A stretch of DNA of 64,000 nucleotides, taken from NCBI GenBank assembly GCA_903946925.1, contig CAJAXK010000015.1, positions 3,579 to 67,578 of the forward strand, written 5' to 3'. Below, in pieces: positions 16,351-24,454 of this stretch. The notes below the pieces were generated by a model. That model did no database searches. It was not told where the DNA came from and worked only from the letters and a program-made list of their open reading frames with translations. Source of the DNA: an uncultured Bacteroidales bacterium. Lineage in GTDB: Bacteria > Bacteroidota > Bacteroidia > Bacteroidales > UBA4417. A program made the translations under genes and the position numbers. Each line of letters opens with the position of its first letter. The stretch's first letter is position 1.

Positions 16351-17889
16351 GTGAAATATACCCTTGTGAAAACTTATTACGAGAAAATTTGTAAAGAGTA
16401 TAATTCCGCCGACGATCTGATGAAAGCAATCGTGTTAAATAAAACTATGGTTTATTATTTCCTGATTCAGGTACTTGTTTTGGGAAATGATACCTACAAA
16501 AATATTGAAATAAATAAAGGTAAGGATAATGCCGACCAATTGCTTACCGACACCTTAATGGTTTTTCGCAGGCAGGTGAAAGATGAAAAAGTTGTTTTGC
16601 AGGTGCATGGGGGGAAAGTGTTTGTAAAAAAAGACAACCTTGAATTGTTCGATTACCTGGCCAATCTGATTTCGTTGGTGATGGAGACTAGCCCTTGTAG
16701 TGTTTTTTATGATAAATGCATCGAATTTGAGACGAAACTGATTAGTGGACAGGGATTTAGTAAAATATATGATTTAAAGGAAACCATATTTGGCGCTCTT
16801 CAAAGTTTTGGTTGTAGGGAATCTGAAGACAAAGAAGAGATTTTTGACGAAAGCCTGCTTGTGTTTTGGAAGAAACTGCAACAAGCGGAAGTCGGAATTT
16901 ACTTTACGGCTAACTATCCGAAACTGGAAAACTGCAGGGTATTTAACCGGAAATATTATCAAAACAGCAAACTTAGCACCTTTTTGAGCGGTATTGCTAA
17001 AAACATCTTTCTTAATAGAACGAGGACTTCAGAGTTCCAGGTTTCGAGGAACAGCACTGTTGAGATTACGGATCAAGATGAAGCTATAACCGGAAATTCG
17101 GAATTGGAAACGCCGGCATTATTCCTGTTTCTTTATTACCGCAACATGGTTGAAGAACGTAAACTGCGAACGGTAATTTCGCTGCTGCAATACGATTGCA
17201 ACCTCGAAGACAAGGAAGTCCGCCAACTTATCGGCATTTCCAACACCCGCATACATAGCAGCCGTTTGCGATCCCACTTTTTCGACTGGTATCAGGATAA
17301 TCTGCATCAAATTCCTGAATTATTGGATGCTGCACATGATTATCTGGCCAAAAGGGAATTGAAAAAAGAAAACCTGAATGCTAAAATCAGAACGATCGAT
17401 TTGTACCGGCGAGCTTCGCTCAATTATATCGACCTGAACATTTTCAGGGAAGAATTCCGCAGTATTCCTGAATTCAGGCAGCACTACCTGATTTTCAATC
17501 ACGTTTATTACTTTATTTCTGCTGGTAAACCAAGTGCCCTTGCCGGACTACCTGGAGAAAAAACAATGCGGGCTTTGCTGGAAATATACAAAACCAGGCT
17601 TTTTGATTTGCCCCAAAACCAGGCACTTTTACTCTTGCTGTTTTATGGCTCTGACGAGCCTGCAGAAATTATTGTCAACCTGCTCAATTGCCTTGAACAA
17701 GAATTGTTGCAATTGGAACCGAATTCGGAATCAATCGGGAATGGTAAAGGCCTTACTCTTAAAAATGCTGTTCCCAGTGATAAAGATACCCTAAAAGATG
17801 AAATTTATAAAACAAACAAAAAGCTGTACAGCAATTTAGAAGCCGATAATATCTTTACTAAAATGATCCTCGAAAATGAGACCATATAA
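16351..17889 (+). CDS. Atypical extended ECF-sigma-like protein (512 aa), tentative
   Basis: The sigma-2-like segment is DKEEIFDESLLVFWKKL...LSTFLSGIAKNIFLNRTR (about nt 16835-17030). The sigma-4/HTH-like segment is ERKLRTVISLLQYDCNLEDKEVRQLIGISNTRIHSSRLRS (about nt 17150-17290). The track start is GTG, and the first ATG alternative is at 16420. The gene overlaps the next one by 14 nt. Confidence 0.5.
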   Translation: MKYTLVKTYYEKICKEYNSADDLMKAIVLNKTMVYYFLIQVLVLGNDTYKNIEINKGKDNADQLLTDTLMVFRRQVKDEKVVLQVHGGKVFVKKDNLELFDYLANLISLVMETSPCSVFYDKCIEFETKLISGQGFSKIYDLKETIFGALQSFGCRESEDKEEIFDESLLVFWKKLQQAEVGIYFTANYPKLENCRVFNRKYYQNSKLSTFLSGIAKNIFLNRTRTSEFQVSRNSTVEITDQDEAITGNSELETPALFLFLYYRNMVEERKLRTVISLLQYDCNLEDKEVRQLIGISNTRIHSSRLRSHFFDWYQDNLHQIPELLDAAHDYLAKRELKKENLNAKIRTIDLYRRASLNYIDLNIFREEFRSIPEFRQHYLIFNHVYYFISAGKPSALAGLPGEKTMRALLEIYKTRLFDLPQNQALLLLLFYGSDEPAEIIVNLLNCLEQELLQLEPNSESIGNGKGLTLKNAVPSDKDTLKDEIYKTNKKLYSNLEADNIFTKMILENETI

Positions 17890-19144
17890 AGCACTTTTTG
17901 AAAAATACAAGGAAGGGAACCTTTCTGAAAGCGGGATCGAAGAGTTAAATCATACCCTGGTCGAAAGTTATTTTCTATGTGCTACAAAGCTCAGCAAGGA
18001 AGAGTTAGAATATGCTGAAGATATGGTTATTGAGTTATATGGAAATGGTAAATTGGAAGAAAAATTTGCAGCTCAATTTACCGAATTGCTTAAAACGAAC
18101 AGAATCCTTTCGCGAAAATTCCATTTACTCCGGAATCTAAACAAAGCAAATGAAAGTGTGCGGATGAACCAGATGTCGGGATTACTTGCTTTAGAAAATG
18201 CGCAATCAGAGCAGGAAGAAGAAGCACAATTAGCTAAAATACTGCATGAAGTGATTGAAAAAATTCATTCCGAAAAAGAAGCCACGCTGGTAAATTCCAA
18301 ATTCCAAATATTTTTATCGCAAATAATTGATTTTTTCAAAAGCCTGTTTTCAAACCTATTACCTGTTCAGCCACAATTTCGCATGGCATTTGCTTTTGCA
18401 ACCTTTGTTATTATTGCTGGTATCGTTTGGGTTTCAGTCAAACCTGAAGACAAAAAATTGATAAGTACTAATGCTGGGAGAGACACAATCCAAAAAAATC
18501 AATTGATTCATGAGGATTCAAATCAACTGAAAGAAATTGAAGTTAAACCCGAAATTAACAAACCTCAATATGCTTATGCCGATTCAGTAAGTAACCAGAA
18601 ACTGATAAAAGATCAGGTTGCCCAAATACAAAAAACAGTTAGAGTGCCTGACAGCGTTTCAAGGGAATTAGATATGGCACTCTTGGCGTATGCCAGCGAA
18701 ATTCCAGCCGGCATGGATTATATTGAATTACGGTCAGAATCATCGTCAGCGAACGATTTATTTATAGATGCGGCTGAAAAATACAACAATAAAGATTACA
18801 ATGGTTGTGCATTGATTTTGAAGGATTTGCTAAAAAGCAATCAATTCAAATCAGTTGATACCCTCAGCGTGATTAACCATTACCTTGGTATTATTTCAAT
18901 GAATGAAGGATTTAAAACAACAAATCGAAAAGCACTGAAGCAGGCAATCCAATTCTACAGTAAGGTTGACAAAAGTTCAACTTATTTTAGCGATTCGCAG
19001 TGGTATTGCGCACTGTCGGAAATCAAACTGGGAAATCAAACAAAAGGGATTCAGATTCTTAATTCACTGCCGGAAAACAATAATCAAAGAGCCGCAGAAT
19101 TGAAGTTATTAAAGGAAAAACTGACGACAAACACTTATAAATAA
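17876..19144 (+). CDS. Single-pass membrane protein, anti-sigma-factor-like, with an extracytoplasmic TPR-like domain (tentative)
   Basis: The N-terminus ALFEKYKEGNLSESGIEELNHTL resembles the opening helix of Bacteroidota anti-sigma/FecR-type proteins. It has one TM (FRMAFAFATFVIIAGIVWVSV) and C-terminal TPR-like helices. It is coupled to the sigma-like gene. Confidence 0.5.
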   Translation: MRPYKALFEKYKEGNLSESGIEELNHTLVESYFLCATKLSKEELEYAEDMVIELYGNGKLEEKFAAQFTELLKTNRILSRKFHLLRNLNKANESVRMNQMSGLLALENAQSEQEEEAQLAKILHEVIEKIHSEKEATLVNSKFQIFLSQIIDFFKSLFSNLLPVQPQFRMAFAFATFVIIAGIVWVSVKPEDKKLISTNAGRDTIQKNQLIHEDSNQLKEIEVKPEINKPQYAYADSVSNQKLIKDQVAQIQKTVRVPDSVSRELDMALLAYASEIPAGMDYIELRSESSSANDLFIDAAEKYNNKDYNGCALILKDLLKSNQFKSVDTLSVINHYLGIISMNEGFKTTNRKALKQAIQFYSKVDKSSTYFSDSQWYCALSEIKLGNQTKGIQILNSLPENNNQRAAELKLLKEKLTTNTYK

Positions 19145-19296
19145 CCAGGATTTCGGATGATTTTCAAGGCATTAGATACAATTTCTTGATTTCTTCGTAT
19201 ATTTGTATTCAATACTATTTCCTTGTAAGCCTGCCATATCTGCAATTACGAAAATTGAAGTTTCAAAAAATAATTTTAATCCTTAAATCCAGTAAT

Positions 19297-19653
19297 ATGA
19301 AAAAAACATTCTTTTTCGTGGCATTCCTTGTTTTGGTAATTGCCATAGTGATTTCATCATGCATCCAGCATAATGGCGGTGTTTTAGTTTCTGAGAGCGA
19401 TGGTGACCGTGGCAGCAAAATAATACGTGATACAACCAGAAAGTCGGATAGTGTTGTCAAGCTAGATCAAATCTATAAATTTAAAATTGAAGGAACTGAT
19501 TACACCAAGGAGGTCAAGACAATTACACTCCAGATTACTGGATCAGCAGAGAAAATAGATATGCTAACAGAGGCTGGTAATGGCATATACAAAATCCGGT
19601 ACGGCTTTATAAAGGCCAGCAAAGAAGAAAGACTAAAAGCTGAGCAAAAATAA
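19297..19653 (+). CDS. Small lipoprotein (118 aa)
   Basis: MKKTFFFVAFLVLVIAIVISSC is a signal peptide with a lipobox Cys. I chose the internal ATG at 19297 of track ORF 19186-19653 because the upstream extension lacks signal features. Confidence 0.65.
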   Translation: MKKTFFFVAFLVLVIAIVISSCIQHNGGVLVSESDGDRGSKIIRDTTRKSDSVVKLDQIYKFKIEGTDYTKEVKTITLQITGSAEKIDMLTEAGNGIYKIRYGFIKASKEERLKAEQK

Positions 19654-19891
19654 ACTTTCAAATTGGTTGAATGTAAGAAGTGGTTAGTTCATTTCCTTCC
19701 ACTTTTTACAAGGAATCAATGCCAAAATGCGTGAAAAATCCTCCACAAAGATTGGGGGATGGTTAGGTTATTTGTTGCTTTGCCGTTGAGAATTCAGGGA
19801 GAATAATTTTTGGGTAATTCAAATTCTCTGCGTGTTTATTGCAAATCATGCCAAGTTTTATGGCTTTTTCATACAAACAAAAACCAACAAA

Positions 19892-20113
19892 ATGAAAAAA
19901 ACATTTTTCACCCTGGCTTTTGCCCTCTTTTGGGTATGTCTGATGGTTGCTTCCTGCAGCACCAATCCATCCCCGGGAAATGGCGAAAAACAATCAAGTG
20001 ACAGCATTGCTACAAAATCAGATTCCGTCCCTCAAGCAACTACATCTGATGGTAAAGTTGTTGTATCCGAAGGGGATATGGAACAGGCATCAAGTGACAG
20101 TGTTGATAAATAG
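19892..20113 (+). CDS. Small Ser/Asp-rich lipoprotein (73 aa), paralogous to 19297-19653
   Basis: MKKTFFTLAFALFWVCLMVASC lipoprotein signal (internal ATG of track ORF 19832-20113). It shares KSDSV and G-x-V-x-VSE-x-D motifs with the preceding lipoprotein. Confidence 0.6.
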   Translation: MKKTFFTLAFALFWVCLMVASCSTNPSPGNGEKQSSDSIATKSDSVPQATTSDGKVVVSEGDMEQASSDSVDK

Positions 20114-20295
20114 TGATTTTGTCGGGATGTATTAGAATACTTTGATTTTTCTTGATTTCTGGCTGTTATCCGTTTGTTCAAGATAGGGGAACAGGTGAAA
20201 TCAAGAAGTGGAATCGCTCTTTACTAAGTATAGAGGGAAAATCTTACATGGAATGAAGGATTCGGGCTAAAAGTGAGTGTAATCCAGGTTAAAAA

Positions 20296-23200
20296 ATGAA
20301 AAAGCCATTTCCCATTTATTTTTTAGGACTATTTTTCATTATTGCCAGCATTGCTTCAGCTCAGGATAGTGAAGTCAATCTCAAACAGGCGGGCGAGTAT
20401 TACAAGCAAGGCTATTTTGCAAAGGCTTCGTCGTTGTACGACACCCTGCTCCTTGGCTTAGAATCGGCAAAAACTGTTAATGATACAGCCTATCTTCATA
20501 AACTTAAATTAGCCGGAAATTGTTACCGTTCGTCGGGACAATACGAAAAGGCTTTACAAGTGTTTGCCGAACTAAAAAAATTACATTCAGATGTAAAAGA
20601 ACCAGATAGTTTAATATATGCATCTGATTTGAATGATATTGCCAAATGCTTTTATTTTTTGGGCAAATATGATACCGCCTTATCTTTATTCAATAAATCC
20701 AGGAATTTAAGACTGAATCGTTTGGGTCCCCATCACCCCGACTATGCTGAGTCCATAGACGATATTGGTGTATTGTATTGTGATATTGGTAAATACACTG
20801 AATCATTGCCGCTATTGGAAGAAGCAAAGAAAATAAGGCTTGAAGTATTGGGCGACAAACACCTTGATTGTGCTAAATCCCTCGACAACCTTGGATCCTA
20901 TTATTATGTTATTGGTAATTACAAGGCGGCTTTGCCTTTTTTCGAACAGGCTGTCAATATTAAGTTATTAACCCTTGGCGAAAATCATCCTTCTTATGCC
21001 CGATCGCTGAACAACCTGGCTGCCCTATATTATTCAATGGGTGATTACAAAGCAGCTTTGCCCTTATACTTGACAGTTTCGTCAATCGACAAGGAAAAAC
21101 TTGGTAACCGGAACCTTGATTATGGTGTTGACCTGAACAACCTGGCAATGCTTTATAAAAAAACAGGCAACTATAAAGCTGCCTTGCCTTTGCTCAAAGA
21201 ATTTTCGTCGATATGTAAAGAAAAAGTAGGTGTCAACCATACTTATTATGCTTCATCACTTATGAATTTAGGTGCGATGTACTCAGCAATGTATGTATAT
21301 GATACAGCACTGCTTTACTACCAGCAGGCAAAACAAATCCGTCAGGAGCAGCTTGGCACTAACCATGCCGATTATGCAAGGGTTTTAAATAACCTGGCCT
21401 TGGTAAACAAAAATTTATGTAACTATGAAATTGCATTGAGTTATTATAAGGAAGCATTAAACATTTACCTGAAGGTGTTTGATAAACAACATATTGAATA
21501 TGCAAGGACATTGAACAACATTGCCATCCTGTATGTAAAGCTTGGAAATTATGATGAAGCCTTGCTCCTTTATGAAGAGGCAATAGCTGTAAGCAAACCG
21601 GATGCGGCTTCCGGGAAACAGGATTACTCGCTTGCTTTAAACAACCTGGGTTTGCTTTACAGCGATATGGGCAACTATGAGGAGGCAATCCGCCTGTTGA
21701 CTAAAGCAGCCTATATCGACAGTTTATCGCTGGGGGCAAAGCATCCTTATTATGCAACTGATTTGATAAACCTTGCCAATAATTATTCGGCCATTGGTAA
21801 AAACCAAGAGGCCATTAAAAGGCAAAAGGAGGCAACAGCTATTTATCTCGAAAAATTCGGTGAAATGAATCAGATGTATGCTCTTTCGCTCAGTAGCCAG
21901 GGTCGCCTGTTTAATTCAATGGGGGAATATAATACCGCTTTGCCTTTGTTTTTGCAGGCTACTGCAATCTACAAAGAAGTTTTGGGAATACATCATGCCG
22001 ACTATGCCATGTCGTTAAAGAACCTGGCTTTAAATTACAAAAAAATGGGGGATTACCCGGCCGCATTGCCCCTGTTGGAAGAAGCATCAGTAATTTATAA
22101 AGAGTTGTATGGAGCCAACTATTCTGATTACGATGATTGCAGGTATAATATGGCTGAAATTTACTTTGCCCGTGAAGATTATAATTACGGGCTGCCGCTG
22201 ATGGAAGAGGTTAATACCAATATTAAAAACCGTATCCGGAACTATTTTTCATTTTTGCCTGAAAGTGAAAAGAAAATGTATATGGCTAAAGTTGGGGATT
22301 TTTACGATGAATACCTCTCTAGCCTTTTAAAGGTTTCAGGGAATTATCCCGAGTTATGCAGCGAAGTTTATAATAACGAGCTATTCCTAAAGGGTGTAAT
22401 CCTTTCCTCAGTCACTTCTATGCAACAATCTATTCTCGAAAGTGGCGACTCGGTTTTAATAGGTGAATATGAACAAATGCGGATGCTGAAAAGACAAGTC
22501 AATTTATGGCAGCAACGACAAATTTCGGAAAGGCATGCGGATTTGACAGAAATAGAACTGCAATCACAGCAATTGGAAAAGGATATTACGCGGCATTCGC
22601 AGATATTTAGCGAGATGCAGGCATCCTTCAACGTAAAATGGAAAGATGTTCAGAAACAACTTAAAGATGGGGAAGTTGCCATCGAATTTGTCAATTTCAG
22701 GTATTCGGATAATGAAAAAATCACTGACAGCATTTTCTATTGTGCTCTTGTCCTGCGAAAAGATGACACAATCCCTCAATTGAAATACCTATGCGAAGAG
22801 TCTCAATTAAAGAAAGTTATTCCTCCCATCAGAGCTGTAAATCGTGGAATTAACGCATTTTATAATGGACAGGATATTTACAATCTGGTGTGGAAGCCGA
22901 TTAATAGTTCACTCAATGGAATCCAAACTATCTACTTTGCGCCATCGGGTTTGCTAAACAGGATTTCGATGGCAGCCATTTCGTGCCCCGACAGTATTGA
23001 GCTATTAGAGAAATACAAGTTGATTCAGCTCAGTTCAACCCGGTCGATTGCCATTGCCGGAAAACATAAGCCGATTAAAACTGCTGTAATTTATGGTGGA
23101 ATAGTGTATGATACCGATTCACTTACAATGCTTTCAACGGCAAACTTGTATGTACAAAAAGACAGTAGTTTTCTTACTCAAAGCCACACGACAAGCATCG

Positions 23201-23886
23201 ATACCAGGAGTGGGTTCAGATATCTGCCCGGTACCTTGAAAGAAGCAGAAATGATTGCCGGTAAGCTGGAGAAAAACGGTGTGTCCACAAAAACTATCTC
23301 TGGAACTGATGCTGTGGAAGAATCTTTCATTGTTTTGTCACGAAATGAATCCCCATCCATCATCCATTTTTCTACTCATGGATTTTATTTTCCAGAACCC
23401 AATCGAACGGCTGTCAATAACAAAAACACATATTCAACAACCGGAGAAACGAGGTTCCGGGCTTCAAGCGATCCTTTGTTGCGCTCAGGATTGCTGATGG
23501 CAGGAGCTAATCGGGTTTGGAAAGGTTCATTTACTTCGCAAGATATTGAAGATGGAATTCTGACAGCCAAGGAAGTCTCGAATATGAACCTGATGAATAC
23601 CCAATTAGTGGTATTAAGTGCATGTCAGACCGGACAAGGCGACGTTAAAGGTAATGAAGGCGTTGAAGGCTTGCAAAGGGGGTTTAAAATGGCTGGTGCC
23701 CGGTATATGATAATGAGCCTTTGGGAAGTGCCCGACAAGGAAACTACAGAGTTTATGGGTATTTTTTACGACAATTGGCTCGAAGGAAAGGAAATTCACG
23801 AAGCTTTCCGCAATACCCAGAATATTATGAACGATAAATATAAAAGCGACCCTTTTAAATGGGCCGCTTTCGTTCTGGTTGAGTAA
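20296..23886 (+). CDS. Exported TPR-CHAT protein (caspase-like cysteine protease domain)
   Basis: Sec signal MKKPFPIYFLGLFFIIASIASA/QD. About 13-14 TPR_12-like repeats follow (LG.NHPDYA.SLNNLA.LY..MG.Y..ALPL) and then a coiled-coil linker. The C-terminal CHAT domain has His in IIHFSTHGF (codon at 23377-23379) and Cys in VVLSACQTGQG (codon at 23623-23625). Confidence 0.85.
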   Translation: MKKPFPIYFLGLFFIIASIASAQDSEVNLKQAGEYYKQGYFAKASSLYDTLLLGLESAKTVNDTAYLHKLKLAGNCYRSSGQYEKALQVFAELKKLHSDVKEPDSLIYASDLNDIAKCFYFLGKYDTALSLFNKSRNLRLNRLGPHHPDYAESIDDIGVLYCDIGKYTESLPLLEEAKKIRLEVLGDKHLDCAKSLDNLGSYYYVIGNYKAALPFFEQAVNIKLLTLGENHPSYARSLNNLAALYYSMGDYKAALPLYLTVSSIDKEKLGNRNLDYGVDLNNLAMLYKKTGNYKAALPLLKEFSSICKEKVGVNHTYYASSLMNLGAMYSAMYVYDTALLYYQQAKQIRQEQLGTNHADYARVLNNLALVNKNLCNYEIALSYYKEALNIYLKVFDKQHIEYARTLNNIAILYVKLGNYDEALLLYEEAIAVSKPDAASGKQDYSLALNNLGLLYSDMGNYEEAIRLLTKAAYIDSLSLGAKHPYYATDLINLANNYSAIGKNQEAIKRQKEATAIYLEKFGEMNQMYALSLSSQGRLFNSMGEYNTALPLFLQATAIYKEVLGIHHADYAMSLKNLALNYKKMGDYPAALPLLEEASVIYKELYGANYSDYDDCRYNMAEIYFAREDYNYGLPLMEEVNTNIKNRIRNYFSFLPESEKKMYMAKVGDFYDEYLSSLLKVSGNYPELCSEVYNNELFLKGVILSSVTSMQQSILESGDSVLIGEYEQMRMLKRQVNLWQQRQISERHADLTEIELQSQQLEKDITRHSQIFSEMQASFNVKWKDVQKQLKDGEVAIEFVNFRYSDNEKITDSIFYCALVLRKDDTIPQLKYLCEESQLKKVIPPIRAVNRGINAFYNGQDIYNLVWKPINSSLNGIQTIYFAPSGLLNRISMAAISCPDSIELLEKYKLIQLSSTRSIAIAGKHKPIKTAVIYGGIVYDTDSLTMLSTANLYVQKDSSFLTQSHTTSIDTRSGFRYLPGTLKEAEMIAGKLEKNGVSTKTISGTDAVEESFIVLSRNESPSIIHFSTHGFYFPEPNRTAVNNKNTYSTTGETRFRASSDPLLRSGLLMAGANRVWKGSFTSQDIEDGILTAKEVSNMNLMNTQLVVLSACQTGQGDVKGNEGVEGLQRGFKMAGARYMIMSLWEVPDKETTEFMGIFYDNWLEGKEIHEAFRNTQNIMNDKYKSDPFKWAAFVLVE

Positions 23887-23891
23887 CTGAA

Positions 23892-23912
23892 GGAGAAGGA
23901 TTCTTCTTCTCC
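23892..23912. terminator. Hairpin between convergent genes (candidate bidirectional terminator)
   Basis: GGAGAAG (23892-23898) pairs with CTTCTCC (23906-23912) around a 7-nt loop. It lies between the CHAT stop (23886) and the stop of the minus-strand gene (23915). Confidence 0.4.
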
Positions 23913-23914
23913 GC

Positions 23915-24454
23915 TTATCTTTTATCGCTAATATTCGCCATTCCATTGTTATTCAAATCCATAATCGTTCCAACTATGTTGTTGCAATATCCTGAATAGC
24001 GGTGAACATCCAAAGCATGGTCAATTATCATAGTATAGGGTAGGACCGGAATATTCATAGCCCTTTTCAAATCATTGTTCCTGTCGATAAAGACATCGAA
24101 ACCTATTGCTAATCCACTTACAAGCGGACGGATACTTTGCATGGTGCATGAATAATTGGTGCAAATGCCGACTATTTTTACTTTTCCGCTAAAAATCTGA
24201 TTTTCATATTCTTCATTGAGTAATCTCAACTGCTCAATACTTCTATTGTCATCCGCATTCCAGAAGAAAAGAACCGTTGTGCTGTTTTTCGCATCTATAG
24301 AACTGGCACTGGCAGTTGATCCTTCCAAAGTATAAATTTTGACATCAGGAAGAATCAATTTTTGGGACATCGCAGAAAATGCCGCAGATAACAAGGCATT
24401 AATCAAAAAAAATCTGAAGGTTTTCATAACATTATTATTTGAAAGGTTAAACAT
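23915..24454 (-). CDS. Secreted thioredoxin-fold (TlpA/AhpC-TSA-like) protein lacking the CXXC motif
   Basis: TVLFFWNADDNRSIEQLRLLNEEYE aligns to the FWA(S/T)WCxPC region of TlpA-like proteins, but both Cys are replaced. The likely true start is MKTFRFF at 24427, which gives a signal peptide. Confidence 0.55.
   Translation of the reverse strand: MFNLSNNNVMKTFRFFLINALLSAAFSAMSQKLILPDVKIYTLEGSTASASSIDAKNSTTVLFFWNADDNRSIEQLRLLNEEYENQIFSGKVKIVGICTNYSCTMQSIRPLVSGLAIGFDVFIDRNNDLKRAMNIPVLPYTMIIDHALDVHRYSGYCNNIVGTIMDLNNNGMANISDKR

Noticed and set aside
19186-19296. N-terminal extension of the first lipoprotein ORF (the track start at 19186 is TTG, not ATG)
   Set aside because: The extension (ISSYICIQYYFLVSLPYLQLRKLKFQKIILILKSSN) precedes a perfect MKKTFF lipoprotein signal peptide and overlaps the conserved upstream DNA module, so the internal ATG at 19297 is preferred. 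The same logic applies to 19832 versus 19892.
16351-23886. Type III-E CRISPR (Cas7-11 / Craspase) locus, because of TPR-CHAT plus a sigma-like gene
   Set aside because: No Cas7-11/gRAMP-sized gene, no Csx30/Csx31-like genes that I can recognise and no repeat-spacer array occur in the window. The CHAT protein has a Sec signal peptide, which is incompatible with a cytoplasmic Craspase role. Only the regulatory logic is used as an analogy.
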